Positions 12,451 to 27,027 of a DNA stretch of 64,000 bases are shown piece by piece (position 1 is the stretch's first letter; every line of letters begins with the position of its first letter). The DNA is from Laetmonice hystrix (taxonomy: Eukaryota). The stretch covers positions 8,804,001 through 8,868,000 of the forward strand of contig OZ249445.1 in the NCBI GenBank assembly GCA_965235115.1, in the 5' to 3' direction. The notes beneath the pieces are model-generated. The model was not told where the DNA came from. It did no database searches and saw only the letters and a program-made list of their open reading frames with translations. A program made the position numbers and the translations under genes.

Positions 12451-15400
12451 CAGTGCTGGGAGACGGCCTGAGTCGTGGATCCACAGACGGCAGCCGGACG
12501 ACGATCGACCGTGAAAAGAAAGGAAATACCAAGTGCCAGCATGTCATGCATGTCAGCGGCTGGGGGTGGGATCCAGCAGTGTATATATCTAACATGTCGT
12601 AAAAAGTGGGCCGGCAGGGGTTGGTCGGTATAAACCAGAACACTTGAGGGTGAGCTTACTCAGGATACCACCATACACACCAGGCTGCCCGGGTAGACTT
12701 TCAAATAACGGTGGGCATGGATATCTACGTGTGAAAATCTACATGGTAACGTTCATGTCTCTGTTGTCTCGATAACTTGAGATGGACAAACAAAACTCGG
12801 TGGAGCTCTCTCCCTACTGGTAGTGATTGAAGAGAGCCGTCGGGCTGGTCACCCACCACCACCACCACCACCATCGCCCCCACCATGGCCACCACCCTAC
12901 CCCCAGACTAGCCAGCCAATGTGGTGTTGATAGCTACCAATTGTGTTATGTGTGATATATGCAGAGAATGCTAAGTACTTCAGACAGCCTATCCAAGGTC
13001 CAGACCACGGCGAAAACCGAGGGTAAACATTCAGTCTGAGAACAATGCCCCGCTGTGTGTTAGATGAGAACTAAATCGGCAAGTGCGATTTGGGCGAAAT
13101 GATTTATGTTGCAAAGTTTTAATCACCCAGTTTATGTATTCTTACAGATGGCATAAATAAAAATTGTTCTTTATCACAAGTTATTGTGTTAGAAAGGGAG
13201 GCGGGTCCAATAATCTGAAAATCAAGTTTCAAAAGGACGGTTAAGCAGATATAAGTATTAACTAAGCTCATTAATTCATGGTCGAAGTAACATTGAAAAA
13301 GGATCCAACAGGATCTCAGTCCAAATGGCAGGTGGAAGCAACAGTTGCCAAGTGGCCATTTCCTTGGCGTGACAAGACGGGAGGTAATTAGTGCATTATG
13401 ACAGGGCCATGGCGTCCCAGGACCGGTGGGTTTACACCGAGTTCTTGCTACCTTGATCCGATCCGTTCTAGCCGGCTGCGTCTGTTGGCGGGCCCACCAC
13501 CAACAACCGTGGCTGCCCACACTTGGCCCGTATCCCCTGCTCAGGCTGTCTCAGTCACTTATTCTCTATGATTCACAACTTATTTTATCCAATAAAGGAT
13601 CAGTCTGCACGTTCCGTACCTTTACTTGACTTCAGTGTTTTCACTTTTATGTATGCATCCATTTCTCACTGCATATTTTATAGAACAGAATTATTGGTGA
13701 CAATAGAGGTGACAGAGTATGACGAGTTCGAGATTTATAATCTCTGAGATTGTAGAAATATCGGGTAGTCCCATTCTTTACTCATTGGTAGGTGGACCAA
13801 AATACGTGTACAAGATACGTACTTGACTCCCCCACCCCCAACACTCAGTCCAACAAAGTGGTCCGTTTATACATACTAGTTGAGTGTTAGGAGGGGTGTT
13901 AGTAAGGTAAAGGAGACGTAGACGGGGTGGACACCAGACACGAGTCTCAGACTAGGTACCAGTCTGATAGAACCTCTCACCTTGTTGGTGGTTACCCCGG
14001 ACCAGTTAGCCCTGGGGTTCATAGACAGCTCGCCTGGTCTCGCCTGGTCTGGCACACCTCAGGCTGTCTCAGGCTGGACCCATTGATTCGGAGAACTGAG
14101 AGGCATTTGTGAAAAAATAAATAAGGATGTTTTATCATCATTTTATACCTAATTTGATTTTAAGTTGATGTCACAGAGGTGGATATGTTTCAAGAAAATC
14201 CCTTATGGCTATAGAAATACATTCTGGATATGAAATATCTCGTTTGTTCTATGTAGGTCAACGCCAAGCAATACGTTGAGACTTGTCTTGTTTGTGGGAC
14301 CCACAGCATGATCCAGTTGGTAAAAAGTGCCACTAGCAAACACAGTCAAGGGTAGTTTTCTTTTTTTCAAATCATCTTTTATATGCAGTCAGTGTATATG
14401 TTTTTTCTGGACCTATCTTGTTGAGCTTTGAGTTTGTGTAGAGGTGTGAGGGGGTGGTGTGTATCTCCGTGTTATGTGGGTAGGTGTAGTGGATGGTAGC
14501 TGATTGATTTGTTCCCACCACTGTGACTCAGAAAGATTTCCCAACAGGCAGGGTGTGTGTCATGTTGTGGGTTCAGGAATGGCAGGCTGTGTCTACATGG
14601 TGTACAACAACAGACTACAGCACCCTCTAGTGAGGACAGGCACACCGATACTTTACAACAAATCCAAGGGTCTAAACATCATTCTCTGTCTATTAAGGTT
14701 GGACTACTCGAGGTTAGAACCTCTGTAGTTTGGATTTCTATGGATGAAATGGATGAAAAAGTTATAAAAAAAACTGTCGTACTTTTAAAGCATCGAGTGT
14801 GTGTTAAGATGTTCATGTGAATCTTACCCAAAACAAACGACAGTTGTTTTTAAATTTACAAGTAGAATAAATCTGTGTTTAAAAGCCCGACAATTTTCTC
14901 TATTAGCGCCACATTTCATGAGACCTAGTGTGATTGAGTTATTGTGGTGGGGGCCGGGAGGGGGAGGACCCCATAATGACACAGGTATAGTGTGACAGTG
15001 TTGACACGACTGTGACCGACACGTCTTGATTCTGTCACTACTCAAGGTCACCTATTCACAGTGGTGTCATGATTTATTGTCACCCTGTACCAGACTGCCG
15101 CATTTTGGGTCACTTGTCACCTTTTGTAAAGATAAATGTGGAGAGTCTATCTTCAGCCAGGTTTATAAAGTTTGGAGTAGTAGTATTTGTGATTGTTTTC
15201 AAAATCTGTAGAGATGTAGGGTGTGAGTGAACGGTACAATGGTTGACTAACCTAGTTGTATGGACACACTCCAGTACGTGGCAGTGCTGTAGACGTGTTA
15301 CCCATCCAGCCGTCATGTGGACAAATGTTAGCTGTTCAAACGACCACGTGACCGTTTGAAATTATTTCATGATGAAGAGGGGGGCATGGGGCATGTTGTA

Positions 15401-16424
15401 AATATTCTCGAGCATGGAGAACCGATCCTAGAATCTAACTACAGATAGTCTAACAACTATAGCACTTACCTTGCCTCGATAGGTTTGAAACACAGGCAGA
15501 GATAGACTAGAAAAACAAAAGCTTTTAGAATATTGCAAATCTAAATAATTAAAGAATTATCAAATACTATTGCAGTCTCACATGAGTATAATAACATCGA
15601 GTGATCCATCATCAAGCCGCCATTAGTTTTACCCCTGGTGTCTTTGATTTGGTATTTCTATTTTCCATTTGCTGGTATTTGTAAGGTACCGACAACATCC
15701 TTTGGCACAGTACAACCAGAGTACTTTATTTTTGTGTACGTAATTGTCTACATGTACCTAGATCCTGTGATGTGGCCTGGTGCCTTAAGCTGGCGGGAGA
15801 GTTTGAAAGTTCCTGTATTAGACATCCTATTGAATATTTGTTACACTGTTCTATAAATTACACTGTTCTATAAATCCTACTTTGACATCAGCTTAAGTTG
15901 AGAGGACTGTTTGGTGGGTGGGGGAGGCACGTACGGAGGTGTGGGGTGTAACTTCCCAGTGGTTACCTGGGTGAAATGACCACTCAACAGTCGGTACCTG
16001 TAGCCAGGTCGCTGCAGAGTCGGCCCGCCCAGTGTTTATTGATACCCTTTACTTACCTGTCCACACACTGGGGTCAAAGGGTGGCTGGTGCATGGGGTTT
16101 GTTCAGAAAACACTGGTATCATCGCAGTTTTCAATTCCTTGTAAATCCAAACGAGAAGGTGGGCATAGACCTAGGAGCAAGCGAATATTTACAAACTAAT
16201 TTGTCATTGACATGCTGAGGAGATCTGGGTCCCACAGCGAGATCTGAAAGGAAAGGGATATAGGTTGATTACGCAAATAGGCTGATTTCGAGGTGCTGGA
16301 TTACATAAGGGGGGGTCATACCTGCGGCAACTCTCCAACTCTAACGGAGTTTTTACTGCCCAACTAAAATTGTCTTCTCAGAGCTGGGTGTGAGAGCTCA
16401 AATACCTTAGCTGAGACAGCATCA

Positions 16425-16870
16425 GGCAGCTCACACACCTCGTCAGACTCCAGGGTGAGAGAGCTCACACACCTGGTCAGACTCCAGGGTCAGACAGCTC
16501 ACACACCTGGTCAGGCTCCAGGGTCAGACAGATCACACACCTGGTCAGACTGCAGGGTCAGACAGCTCACACACCTGGTCAGACTCCAGGGTCAGACAGT
16601 TCACACACCTGGTCAGACTCCAGGGTCAGACAGCTCACACACCTGGTCAGACGCCAGGTTCAGACAGTTCACACACCTGGTCAGACTGCAGGGTCAGACA
16701 GCTCACACACCTGGTCAGACTGCAGGGTCAGACAGCTCACACAACAGGTCAGACTCCAGGGTGAGAGAGCTCACACACCTGGTCAGGCTCCAGGGTCAGA
16801 CAGCTCACACACCTGGTCAGACGCCAGGGTCAGACAGCTCACACACCTGGTCAGATGCCAGGGTCAGAGA
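16425..16870. repeat. 34-bp minisatellite (~13 copies) in the LIX1L intron
   Basis: Unit CAGACAGCTCACACACCTGGTCAGACTCCAGGGT; period 34 read directly. Confidence 0.95.
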
Positions 16871-17746
16871 CATTAGATTGTCCTGGATAAATAATAAACA
16901 TTTAGATACTCACCGCCTGCTGTATACTAATCCTAGTTTCTTAAATCAGAGTACAAGTATAATGAAATAGGGAATTTTTTAAATTTCTTGCAGTTACACA
17001 CCGCTTGAGCGCTTCAGCACCACCACAGACTCACCAGTATAATTCAATTTTAACCCGTGTAATGAACAAAATATTTATCCCGTGTGGAAAGATCATATGG
17101 CTTTTAAAATCCTAAAATTTTGAAGTGGATATTTTTTAGAAGTTAATTTTTTGTAATGATTGAGTATTCATCCATGTTGTGTCTTTCAGGACGGTTCGGC
17201 AAGAGATCCACAAGTTAGTATGCACACCTGACTTTAACATGATCCCTTGTTAGTATCCCCCCTAAGGGACCTAGCTTTACTCCTCCAGGGTTGGGCGCCC
17301 TTTGGCAGTCCTGCACCATTTTCTATAGATTTATTGAATGTAGGTCAGAAGTTTAAAATTTTCATCTTTTATTCATGCGCCTCTATATAATCATACTTAA
17401 ACTAGAAACTTTTTCGTCAGAAGTATTCCGACTAGGTTTTAGCTATTTACAATTTTGTTTACAGTTTTATGTAGTCGATAATTGTAGTCATGTGTTGGAA
17501 AAGCATAATTTTCTCACAATTTTCTCCAATATCAGAGAGGGTATTTAGAGTGGGCCGAGCCGGTTTGTTTTACCAATTTGTCCCAGACAAAGACTCCGTC
17601 AAATTGTCTTATTTTGTACCGTAAACGTGATGTGCTGTTCCATTGGCGTAAAAAAGGGAAGATGGATAAGTAAACTGATGTTGATGAGTAGATGGTCGAC
17701 TCGTGATAACTAAAATACCTGGCTTGATGTGATGAATGTAAACTAA

Positions 17747-17992
<246 letters not shown>

Positions 17993-18568
17993 TAGGTGCC
18001 ACACAGGTCAGGCCCGTCTACCAACATTGATTCCTTTTTCTATCCTCCGTAGCAGAATGCACTGTAGGTAGTTTTTGAAGAATGTACCAAAATGCACTTG
18101 AATTTTATCTTCAGCAAATAAAGAGAGCAGTCAGATGATTTCATTCAGAGTATGTGCCCAGTAGAAAAAAAGATCATGAACACACTTCTTGGAGTGAAAT
18201 AGAGAAAAAATACCTTTTTAATGCCTAGTCCGAAATGAGTATCGCTATCATTGAGTTCAGCAGCAATTTCCCATCGTCCCGTACTCAAATATATATCTGG
18301 ATATCCTTGCATGCAAATCAGGAAAGCTGTCTTTGTTATGTTCATACCGTTCTGTCTCGTTTTGATTTTCCATTTTTAGCAAATTTAATATCAAAAGATT
18401 AACACATGCGCTTGTAAGTCATTGAAAGTCACTAAAACAACCAAAATATAATACTGGTAAGTACAAAATGTAGATGTACATGTAAGTGTTTCCCTGCCTG
18501 AACGTAAACATTTTATTTTATAAGCAGCCTTTAATATTCCTTGTTATTTATTTTCAATAATTTTCTAA

Positions 18569-19009
<441 letters not shown>

Positions 19010-19912
19010 TGACTGGGACAAGGATCCGGTAATGACAAATGAGAGAAGATGTGAATTATACTTTAGGATTGGGACTCGCGCGACAGCTGGACTGCATCGT
19101 TGGATTTCATCATATTTAATACTTTCTTCTAGTGAAAAGATACCTGAAGGTGGCGCAATGGAATCTTGAGAAAGTTATGGTTGTAATTTGTAATAAGAAA
19201 GACAAGAAGGCCTGTACTAGCCAGGTGCCTGTTACAGTGGCCCTTTACTGACTAACCTGGGCACCAGCCATTGCTTAGCTCGTGCAGACTTATTCCGATA
19301 CATGTATTCCCCTATTATGACCAGCATTGGTAGCTGAACACCTGCTGACACCTGGTGGCACACCCCTCTACTAAGCGCTCTCTAACTGTGCCACTAATTG
19401 AGCTGACAAATCCGGTCAGTCTCACAGAATCGGATGCTTGCTGTTAGGGACGTAATGCTGTTGTTGGGTACAGATGGTACCACGGGAACCCAGAGATTAG
19501 CGGTCTCAAGTTTTCAAGGTGAGGGTTTCCTGAAGACTGAGGCTGCATGTTGGTTCTCTCAGCCCTGCTGTGTTGCTTGGATGTTCGAGAAGATGCTTCC
19601 AGTCAGGCCAGCCTGTCGGTATATACATGTATAGGCCTACACTGTGGACCAGATGTCCGCACACCAAGATGGGAGCCAAAAAATGACCTTTGGCCTCACC
19701 CAGATGTGGAAACCTGGAGAATACTTAATTACCAAGTCATCGGTTTGAACGCGGTTTGAAACAGTCTGAACTTCCATCTGGTCATGAAGGCACTGTGGCA
19801 TAGTGAATGCCAGCTGGAGGCACTCCATCTGACTTTACATGATCAAATGATGGGGCATCTTTTGGTGGCGTGTTGCTGTCAGCTGTTCAAAGTAGTCAAA
19901 ACATTGGGATTA

Positions 19913-19961
19913 TGACGTCAGCAAATGACGTCAGGATCTTGCAGGACAATAAATGACGTCA
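19913..19961. promoter_or_regulatory. Cluster of three perfect CRE palindromes (ATGACGTCAG)
   Basis: TGACGTCA at 19913, 19926 and 19954, about 0.9 kb downstream of the LIX1L stop. Confidence 0.5.
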
Positions 19962-21295
19962 GTGTGTAGGTGAAGCTCCGTTCTCAGCATACTTACCGTA
20001 GTTGGTCCAGGAAACACCTCAGATAGCTGCTAAATAATATAAAACACATTTTGCCAAAATGTAACAACTTGCCCATTTAATCATTCTCCACTTTGAAGGG
20101 GCAACAAGTAAAGTTTGTCAAATCTGTCATTTTTCTAAAAACTCTTCCATGTTGGGATATGTCACTCACAGGGCATCTGAGAAGTGCTAGAGACAGGTAC
20201 ATGGACTGTACTACATACACCAATGTTGGCAAGCCGTGCTCACGTTACCCACGATGTACGTGAATGACATCGTACAATGTCGAAGGCAAGCTGTTTGATT
20301 CTGACTACTTACTGTACAAGAAGAGGGCTAAGATTTTTTTATTCTTTCACCTTGTATCACCTCCATAAATAGAGTTTGTGTTCATTTTGTTTTGACTGCC
20401 CCTTCTCAGACTTGGAGTTTTTACCAAATGGTGAATGGTGAAGGTGTTTTAAATATGGACCGTGCTACGGTTCAAGTAAGTCTCTTTGCTGACATAAGGT
20501 GTAAGCTTATCGCGACATAGCTCAATGTTATTTAATATTTTCATTAACATTGACTTTTGATTCTCTGACTGTGAGGTCTCGGTTAAATGTGGTCTCCATG
20601 AAGGTCACATAAGTCATCCTCAAGGACACTAGTGTCAGCCTCGAGTACTCTCATATCTCGTTAATCACTAACAGGTTCACAGATATTATATTGGGCTCCA
20701 ACTAACATAGAGTGTTTCATGCTTTACGCAATTATTTTAAGGTAGAATATCCTAAGTTTGATGAATGGGGGCAACTGTTCCCAATCACTGTCGAACATGC
20801 CATCACAGCGAGCCATATACACGAGTACATGTAAATCCAGATAAAGATTGTTTTTTTAAACGTGGTCTTCACACGTCCTAGATACTCGTATATTGTATAT
20901 ACTGTATAACCCTGCCATGTTATCATCACCACTTTAATTTGTATGTGTAACACTCTATAACCTATTATAAAAAGAAACAATGCCAAACGTCTAATTTGAC
21001 CAATGCTTACATTTTGATGTGATGTGTCTTGGAGAGATCCGTGTATGGTTTATAATGTTGAAGTAAGTCTGAAGTAAGTAATGCTAAGATTGCCGAGCAT
21101 CAGTGAATCAACGTGTAGAAGTCGTCCTCATATCATTTTTTTGTAGTAAGTCCACCAATGATGTGGCCCAGACTTAACTCATTTTGCTTCAAGTAGATGT
21201 GTTTTTCTTTCATACAGCTAAAGCGGGGGGGGGGGGGGCGAAGATCAGCGTTTTATCTTGCTGGATTGCGAGTGTGGCGTGTTCTGAGATTCCTG

Positions 21296-21438
21296 GGCCC
21301 GGTTTTTTGGTTGAGCTTGAGTCAAGTTTGAGACGAAAACCTCGTCTCAAGCTCACGGCCCTATGAGTCATAGGGCCGTGAGCTTGAGACGAGATTTTCG
21401 TCTCAAACTTGACTCAAGCTCAACCAAAAACACGGGCC
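21296..21438. mobile_element. Near-perfect hairpin MITE, PIF/Harbinger-like
   Basis: The whole element is a ~70-bp-arm inverted repeat centred on CTATGAGTCATAG; termini GGCCC...GGGCC with 3-bp TSD CTG/CTG. Confidence 0.75.
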
Positions 21439-23885
21439 CTGTACTTTGATTTACGACTTATTTTGTGATTTGCGATTTTCTTTCGTACCAGACATGCCCC
21501 CTCGATGATGAGGGTCGGTTAGTGGTATATGGAGGGAAGGATCAGGAGTGGGTCCCTCTCGTTAAATTGACATAAACAGTACGGAATGTTTGTGTTCTTG
21601 ACGCCATACATGTGCACCGTGTCTTGTTTAGTTGTATACTATACCTGTAATTATCATGCACCTGGACTTGCCGGTCCATGAATAGAATGGGTCCCGTGCA
21701 CAATACCAATGGGCCCATTGTTTGGTAGTCGCTGACCTAGTTCGCTACGGTCCGGTGTGGACACGCTGTGAACCTTCAATCAGGCCTTGGGAGGTATGAG
21801 GCCACCCTCCAATAGATGGCGCTGTTAGCGGTCAGTCGTCGCTCACCATTTCGATCGCAGATATTGTTCGGATCTTCTCAGACCGTCTCTCGCTAGGTTG
21901 GCACTTTCATACATCGGACTTAAGGATGCTTCTCAAAATTTGCGATATAAATATTATATTTTGCTACAGAAATGTAGGAAGAAATACACTCACATCATAT
22001 TTTTATTTGCCTCATGAATAGTTAATAGAGGGAGAATTCTCTAAGATAATCATGATGATATATTTGGTACTTATGAAGTGTTACTACCTGAACTGGGTCC
22101 ATCGTTTAAGGAAGCCGGACTAAGGAAGACATTAATTAAACAGTGTGTTACCTTGGTAACCTTCAAGGTAATCTTCTAGAAGAACAGTTAGATATGACGA
22201 TGTAAGTAAAGTCGGACAGGTTACGGATTGATGGTGTGACTGTGGAAACACGTGTATAATTCACACAGAGGGTACTTTACAAACATTGGTACTGGGATAG
22301 CGATACGCCCAGGATATACTAGCAAGCCATTGGATACTCCCCGGGTGGCAGAGTGAGTAATGTTATATGTTACGGAACAGTTTCTAACATACTCGTAGGT
22401 GGGTTCTCCTTAGGAATCTGATTCCGTCCAATCCATGTAATAAAGAGGACCCGATGCGCAATTTGATTACCCGCCATAGGTTATACGTCATGCATACATT
22501 ATAGTAGGATTTATAACTAAGTCTCGGCGTCGTCATTGCTAATCACACTTAGGAGTAATTAAAGCTTGAAGCTTACTGCCTTAACGATTTTTTTTCTTAC
22601 TAACAGCCTTGAAATGTTAAAGAGAAATTGCCATTTTGTATGGATCGGAAAATCCTAAAAGTGCCAAGTGCCCGTATTTGAGGCAGTGCCTTCAATATGT
22701 ACAATGAGTGAGCTTTGTACTTGTCAGTGAGAATTGTTGAGTGTACACTGAACCAACGGTTGGTGTTTAGTGGGCTGAATTCATTAACTCTCCTATAGGA
22801 GCCTGAGATATGAACATGTGTGAACCAGTAGATTGTCTCATCCTGCGAAGTTGTCAGTTTATGTCAAGTGGTATACATTTGTCCTAGTAGAGTCTGTTCA
22901 CAACAACGTGATGGTTGAGACCCAGTAGGTGCCGTCCAGACTGCCCGGCCTTACCTTATTAGTATATTTATACTATAATGTCTAAATTTGTATTGCCTTT
23001 GACATCTAACTCTTATGTGACCTAAATGTACCTGCGTGAGTTGTCATTCATTTCTTGTAAGTCATCTCATCTGTATTTTTACATACAACTATATACATCG
23101 TGGTTATTCATTGTCAGCACTGTTCATGAATATGCAATAAATATTCTACTTTTATGAAGCAGGTTTTGCCATTTGAGGTTTTTTAAGAGTTTTTAAAAAA
23201 ACTATTTTTCCTGATCCCTTGCAACCTGCAGTATGCTGTCTGATCATGTTTGTTGCTGATAGGCCACCTTGTGGCAGATATAGTATCTATGACCGTTGAT
23301 ACAACAGTAAAGGCACGTCATTACCGTACGTGTGATAAAAATCTAATTTGAAATTCGGTTGGGGGATACAAATGGAAATTTACATTGATTTTTGTGAGCC
23401 CGTAACAGAAACAAATATACATGTAGTGATAGGCAAAGATTTACAATTTCCATTACCTGGCTGAAATGGGGGGGGGGGGGGTCCCTGGGAGGTGTCCCAA
23501 TGAAAATAATTAGTCATTTAGATCTATTTAGTTATTTAATTATCTACCGGTATTAATTATTTTTTTGGAAGGGGGGGGGGGGGGCAACCGGGAAACCCCC
23601 TGGCTACACCCTTGATTTGGACAAAATGACCCTGTTTATACCATCAACGGCGTGGGCCACACGGTCGAGATGCGGCAGCGCCTACTGGCGGAAATTTTAA
23701 TAACTATGCCTATTGGCATGGGCATGGCCGAGTTCGCCAAAACACATGTTAATATCGGATTAGTTGGAGATTCGCTTACACTCTGTAACGCTACTAAAAT
23801 ATTATGATCATTTCAGACTTTGATACCTTATCCCTGCTTGATATATGATAGTTATGTTTCTGTTCGTCGTTATAATAATACAGTC

Positions 23886-24022
23886 GTTCCATAATACCCG
23901 CTAGATGGCACTAAATAGGGTGCTGCCATCTATCGTTTTAACTCTAAACGAATATTGAGTTCCAAGTTAAAAGGATAGATGGCAGCACCCTTTCCCGTGC
24001 CATCTAGCGGGAATTATGGAAC
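23886..24022. mobile_element. Hairpin MITE-like element with TAGATGGCA cores
   Basis: GTTCCATAAT-CCCGCTAGATGGCAC...GTGCCATCTAGCGGG-ATTATGGAAC outer stem plus an inner GGGTGCTGCCATCTATC/GATAGATGGCAGCACCC stem. Confidence 0.65.
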
Positions 24023-25399
24023 TAATCACGATTCATCGGCAGCGGTGGAACTTCGCTTCGGTTCGGCACTTCAAACGTTCATAGCGACGAACGAAATGAT
24101 GCTTATCGCGTGTCAAGAGGGAGTTGAGAAGTCGAAGGTTGAAATAATGATTGGATTCCCTGCAGATTCTAAGTGAATTGTCAAAGGCATCGTGTCGAAC
24201 GTGTGTTGTTGATGTAAAATCATTTCAGGTTTCAAGGTTTCATAAAAGTGCCGCCAGTAGGCGCTGGTGTATATTGACCACTTCAGGCAGAGTACTGCTT
24301 CCACGCTACCCGTGAGTAGGTCGTTCCATCCGATATATTGGCTAGGTGTAGGGTAATGAACACGGCATAACTTTGTTATCGCCTTGACTAATTTTAGTCT
24401 GTGTCTTAATAGCAGAACAGGCCCGGTTTCCGCTATTTCAGTGTTAAAAATTTGGGGGGGGGGGGGGGGGCTATCCAACTCCAGAGTAGGCCTACTGTAG
24501 GCCTACCTGTAGGCCTACTGGGCTTCCTGAAGGGGGATTTAGATTTTCCGATTTTTTTCAATTTTCCATTCTCATGCCTGTTTGTATCACTTCATGGAAA
24601 AATGGCTACCCAACGATTTTGAGAGTATGGATCCGTACCCTTGAAAAATGTTAGGGTACGGAATTTTACCCATTTTTCCCTCTGGCGGAAACCCTGCAGA
24701 AAGAAAATGTGCATATAGGCCTAGGGGTGTGGGGTATCGATCTGCCACCACTGCACTGGTGACCAAAAGCAAAGGTACGACCTTGTCCTCTCTAGCCCGG
24801 TAGCCCGGTAGGCCTAGCGATTTTTTCCCCCCAAACAGGTTTGCCATTTCGTTCAATCAACTTGATTGCCGAGTAGGACGCACGTGCTCTCAACTGTGTT
24901 GGAATATCACTATCCTTATCCCTAACTAACCGTAAAATCTTTTGTAATAACCAATGCTATCCCTAACTCTAACCCTTTTTGAACAATATTTGGCTCCATG
25001 GCAAGCGTCATGGCAAACCTGTTTGGGGGGGGGGGGGAATCGCAGCCCGTTGATCTGGCTCCATCCCCGCTTGTTCAACAGAGGGTGGAAATGGAAGATA
25101 ACAAAACCTCACGCAATACTGTATTAAGGATTATAGGGTGGGGCAGGGGTGTACTGTAGCCTGTGTAGGCAGAACTCAGATGGGGGGGGGGGGGGGGGTC
25201 CAACTGAGATGGTACGTGGTGGTGGGGGGGGGGGGGGGTCCCAACCATATTAGTAGCCTAATTCATTTAGATATATTTAGTTATTTAATTATCTATTATT
25301 TTTGGGGGAGGGGGCGGGGGTTCCAGGCAATCCGGAAACCCCCATGTCTACACCCCTGCGGGGGGGGGGGGGGGGGGGGCGTATGATAGCAGTTTGGCG

Positions 25400-25620
25400 G
25401 CAAGTGAAATTCTCACTAAAATGCTTCTCGACTGAGCCGCAAGATGGCGCCAATCGATGACGTCATATCCGGGTACTTCACCATGCGGCGTTGCCCGGTG
25501 GATTTGAGAAGAGTTGGCAAACTTGGCTTGTATTTTAAACCGCCTACTTCCTAAAAGACAAGGTTTACCGCAAAATACCGACCGTAATAGGAGGGGCGAA
25601 GGTTAGTAGCGTCTATTTAA
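25400..25620 (+). promoter_or_regulatory. Putative CpG-rich promoter with YY1 and CRE motifs
   Basis: CAAGATGGCGCC (YY1-type) at 25440-25451 followed by TGACGTCA at 25458-25465, in a locally CpG-rich stretch. No linked coding exon found. Confidence 0.4.
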
Positions 25621-26140
25621 CGCTATTTTGTACTGTGTTACGTAGTATTCGTCTGTAAATACTAGTGAATAGTGTGTACCAAAATTGGCCAGGTGTCGTC
25701 GATGGCCGCCGTGATTTTGTCTTGGCTTGGGTTCAGTTATTAATCATGTCCATGGACAGAGTCAGAGGACAGAGATTTAAGCGACACGGCTTCAAGTGCA
25801 AACCTGCAAAGCCAAAGGGGGGTCTTCCATCTTGCTGGAGACTTGTGAAGATTTTGCTGGAGTTTGGACCGTGTTGGGATTTCAATGCTGTACGTTAGTG
25901 TAGTGTAGCTGTAGCCTAGGTTTCTTAGAAAAATTTATCAATCACATCGGATTCGAATATCATGATGATCATGATGTAGGCTAATGCCATACCATAGCCT
26001 AGGCCTATAATATGGCTATATCGCAGACTGGCCAAGGGTCTTTTACCTGCTTGTGGGAGGTTTAGTCAGCCTCTTTTTGGGGAAATATTGTGGGAGGTTC
26101 CGATTGCCTCCCCCCCCCCCCCGAGGGCTGTATCCTGCTA

Positions 26141-27027
26141 CAGTCTTTTAGGCAGTTCCGAGAATTAGGTAGTTGCGAGAAATGTGAGATTCGCTCAGGC
26201 ATAGTTTTGAAAGATTTCATTCTGACACATATTTGATGTCAGGGTAGTAAAGCCTTACATATTTTCTGGGTCTGATGAAAAAATCGCGATATTTGGGCCA
26301 TCCGTGTTCGCGTGACACAGCGGGTTACATCCAGTTGCGGACGGCACACATTAGCGGGGGCTGACGCAAAACAGGAGCTTCGAACATTGGGGCACCGTTT
26401 CTCCAAAACCAAACTGAGCTCAACCTTCTTTTTTGCTAAGGTGAAGTGACAATACCACTACAATAAACTGGCAAAGTTGTATGATGTTTACACGTAGTGC
26501 CAGAATATTAGCAGCATAAATGCTCGTGTGGCAATTCAGGTAGTTGCGATAAGTCATGCCTAGATGGCGTGTAGAACCGTAGATCTACACGCCATCTAGT
26601 GACATGCAAAGTAACATGCAAAGATGGATGGCCACATCCACAGCGCTTGTAGGTGTACTCGTACTCGTCTGTCTTACTATGAAAAATCAAAAGTTTGACA
26701 AAGAAAAGCTCATTTACCATAATGTAGTGGTTTATCAGGCCCATAATATGGCATGATAACATCTTAAAACGGGCCCTGATCGCCGGCATCTTTTCACGAG
26801 ATGGCGTTTCTCGCAACTACCGGAAGTGTATCGGAACTGGCCAAAATCCGACCAGTAAACTTTGGCACATCACAAACAAATGAATTGACATCAGGTTCTA
26901 AGCTTTATATGGATAAAACACGGATGATTGCTCGACAGACCGACCATCGTTTTACATATCCAGGATATGCCTGAAGATTGTCAGTAGCGGATATCAAAAG
27001 CGCTTCTCGGAACTGCCTAAAAGACTG
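26141..27027. mobile_element. Non-autonomous DNA transposon with 24-bp TIRs and TA TSD (Tc1/mariner-like termini)
   Basis: TA|CAGTCTTTTAGGCAGTTCCGAGAA ... TTCTCGGAACTGCCTAAAAGACTG|TA, a perfect match; a second related inner TIR pair lies at 26168 and ~26820. Confidence 0.75.

Noticed and set aside
11819-12514. Multiple 170-190 aa ORFs in several frames
   Set aside because: Artefacts of a stop-poor 41-bp tandem repeat; the period is not a multiple of 3 and ORFs appear on both strands.
16455-16970. 171-aa repetitive ORF
   Set aside because: Translation of the 34-bp minisatellite inside a LIX1L intron.
24113-24478. 121-aa minus-strand ORF
   Set aside because: Non-ATG start within a poly-G tract, no recognisable domain or splice context.
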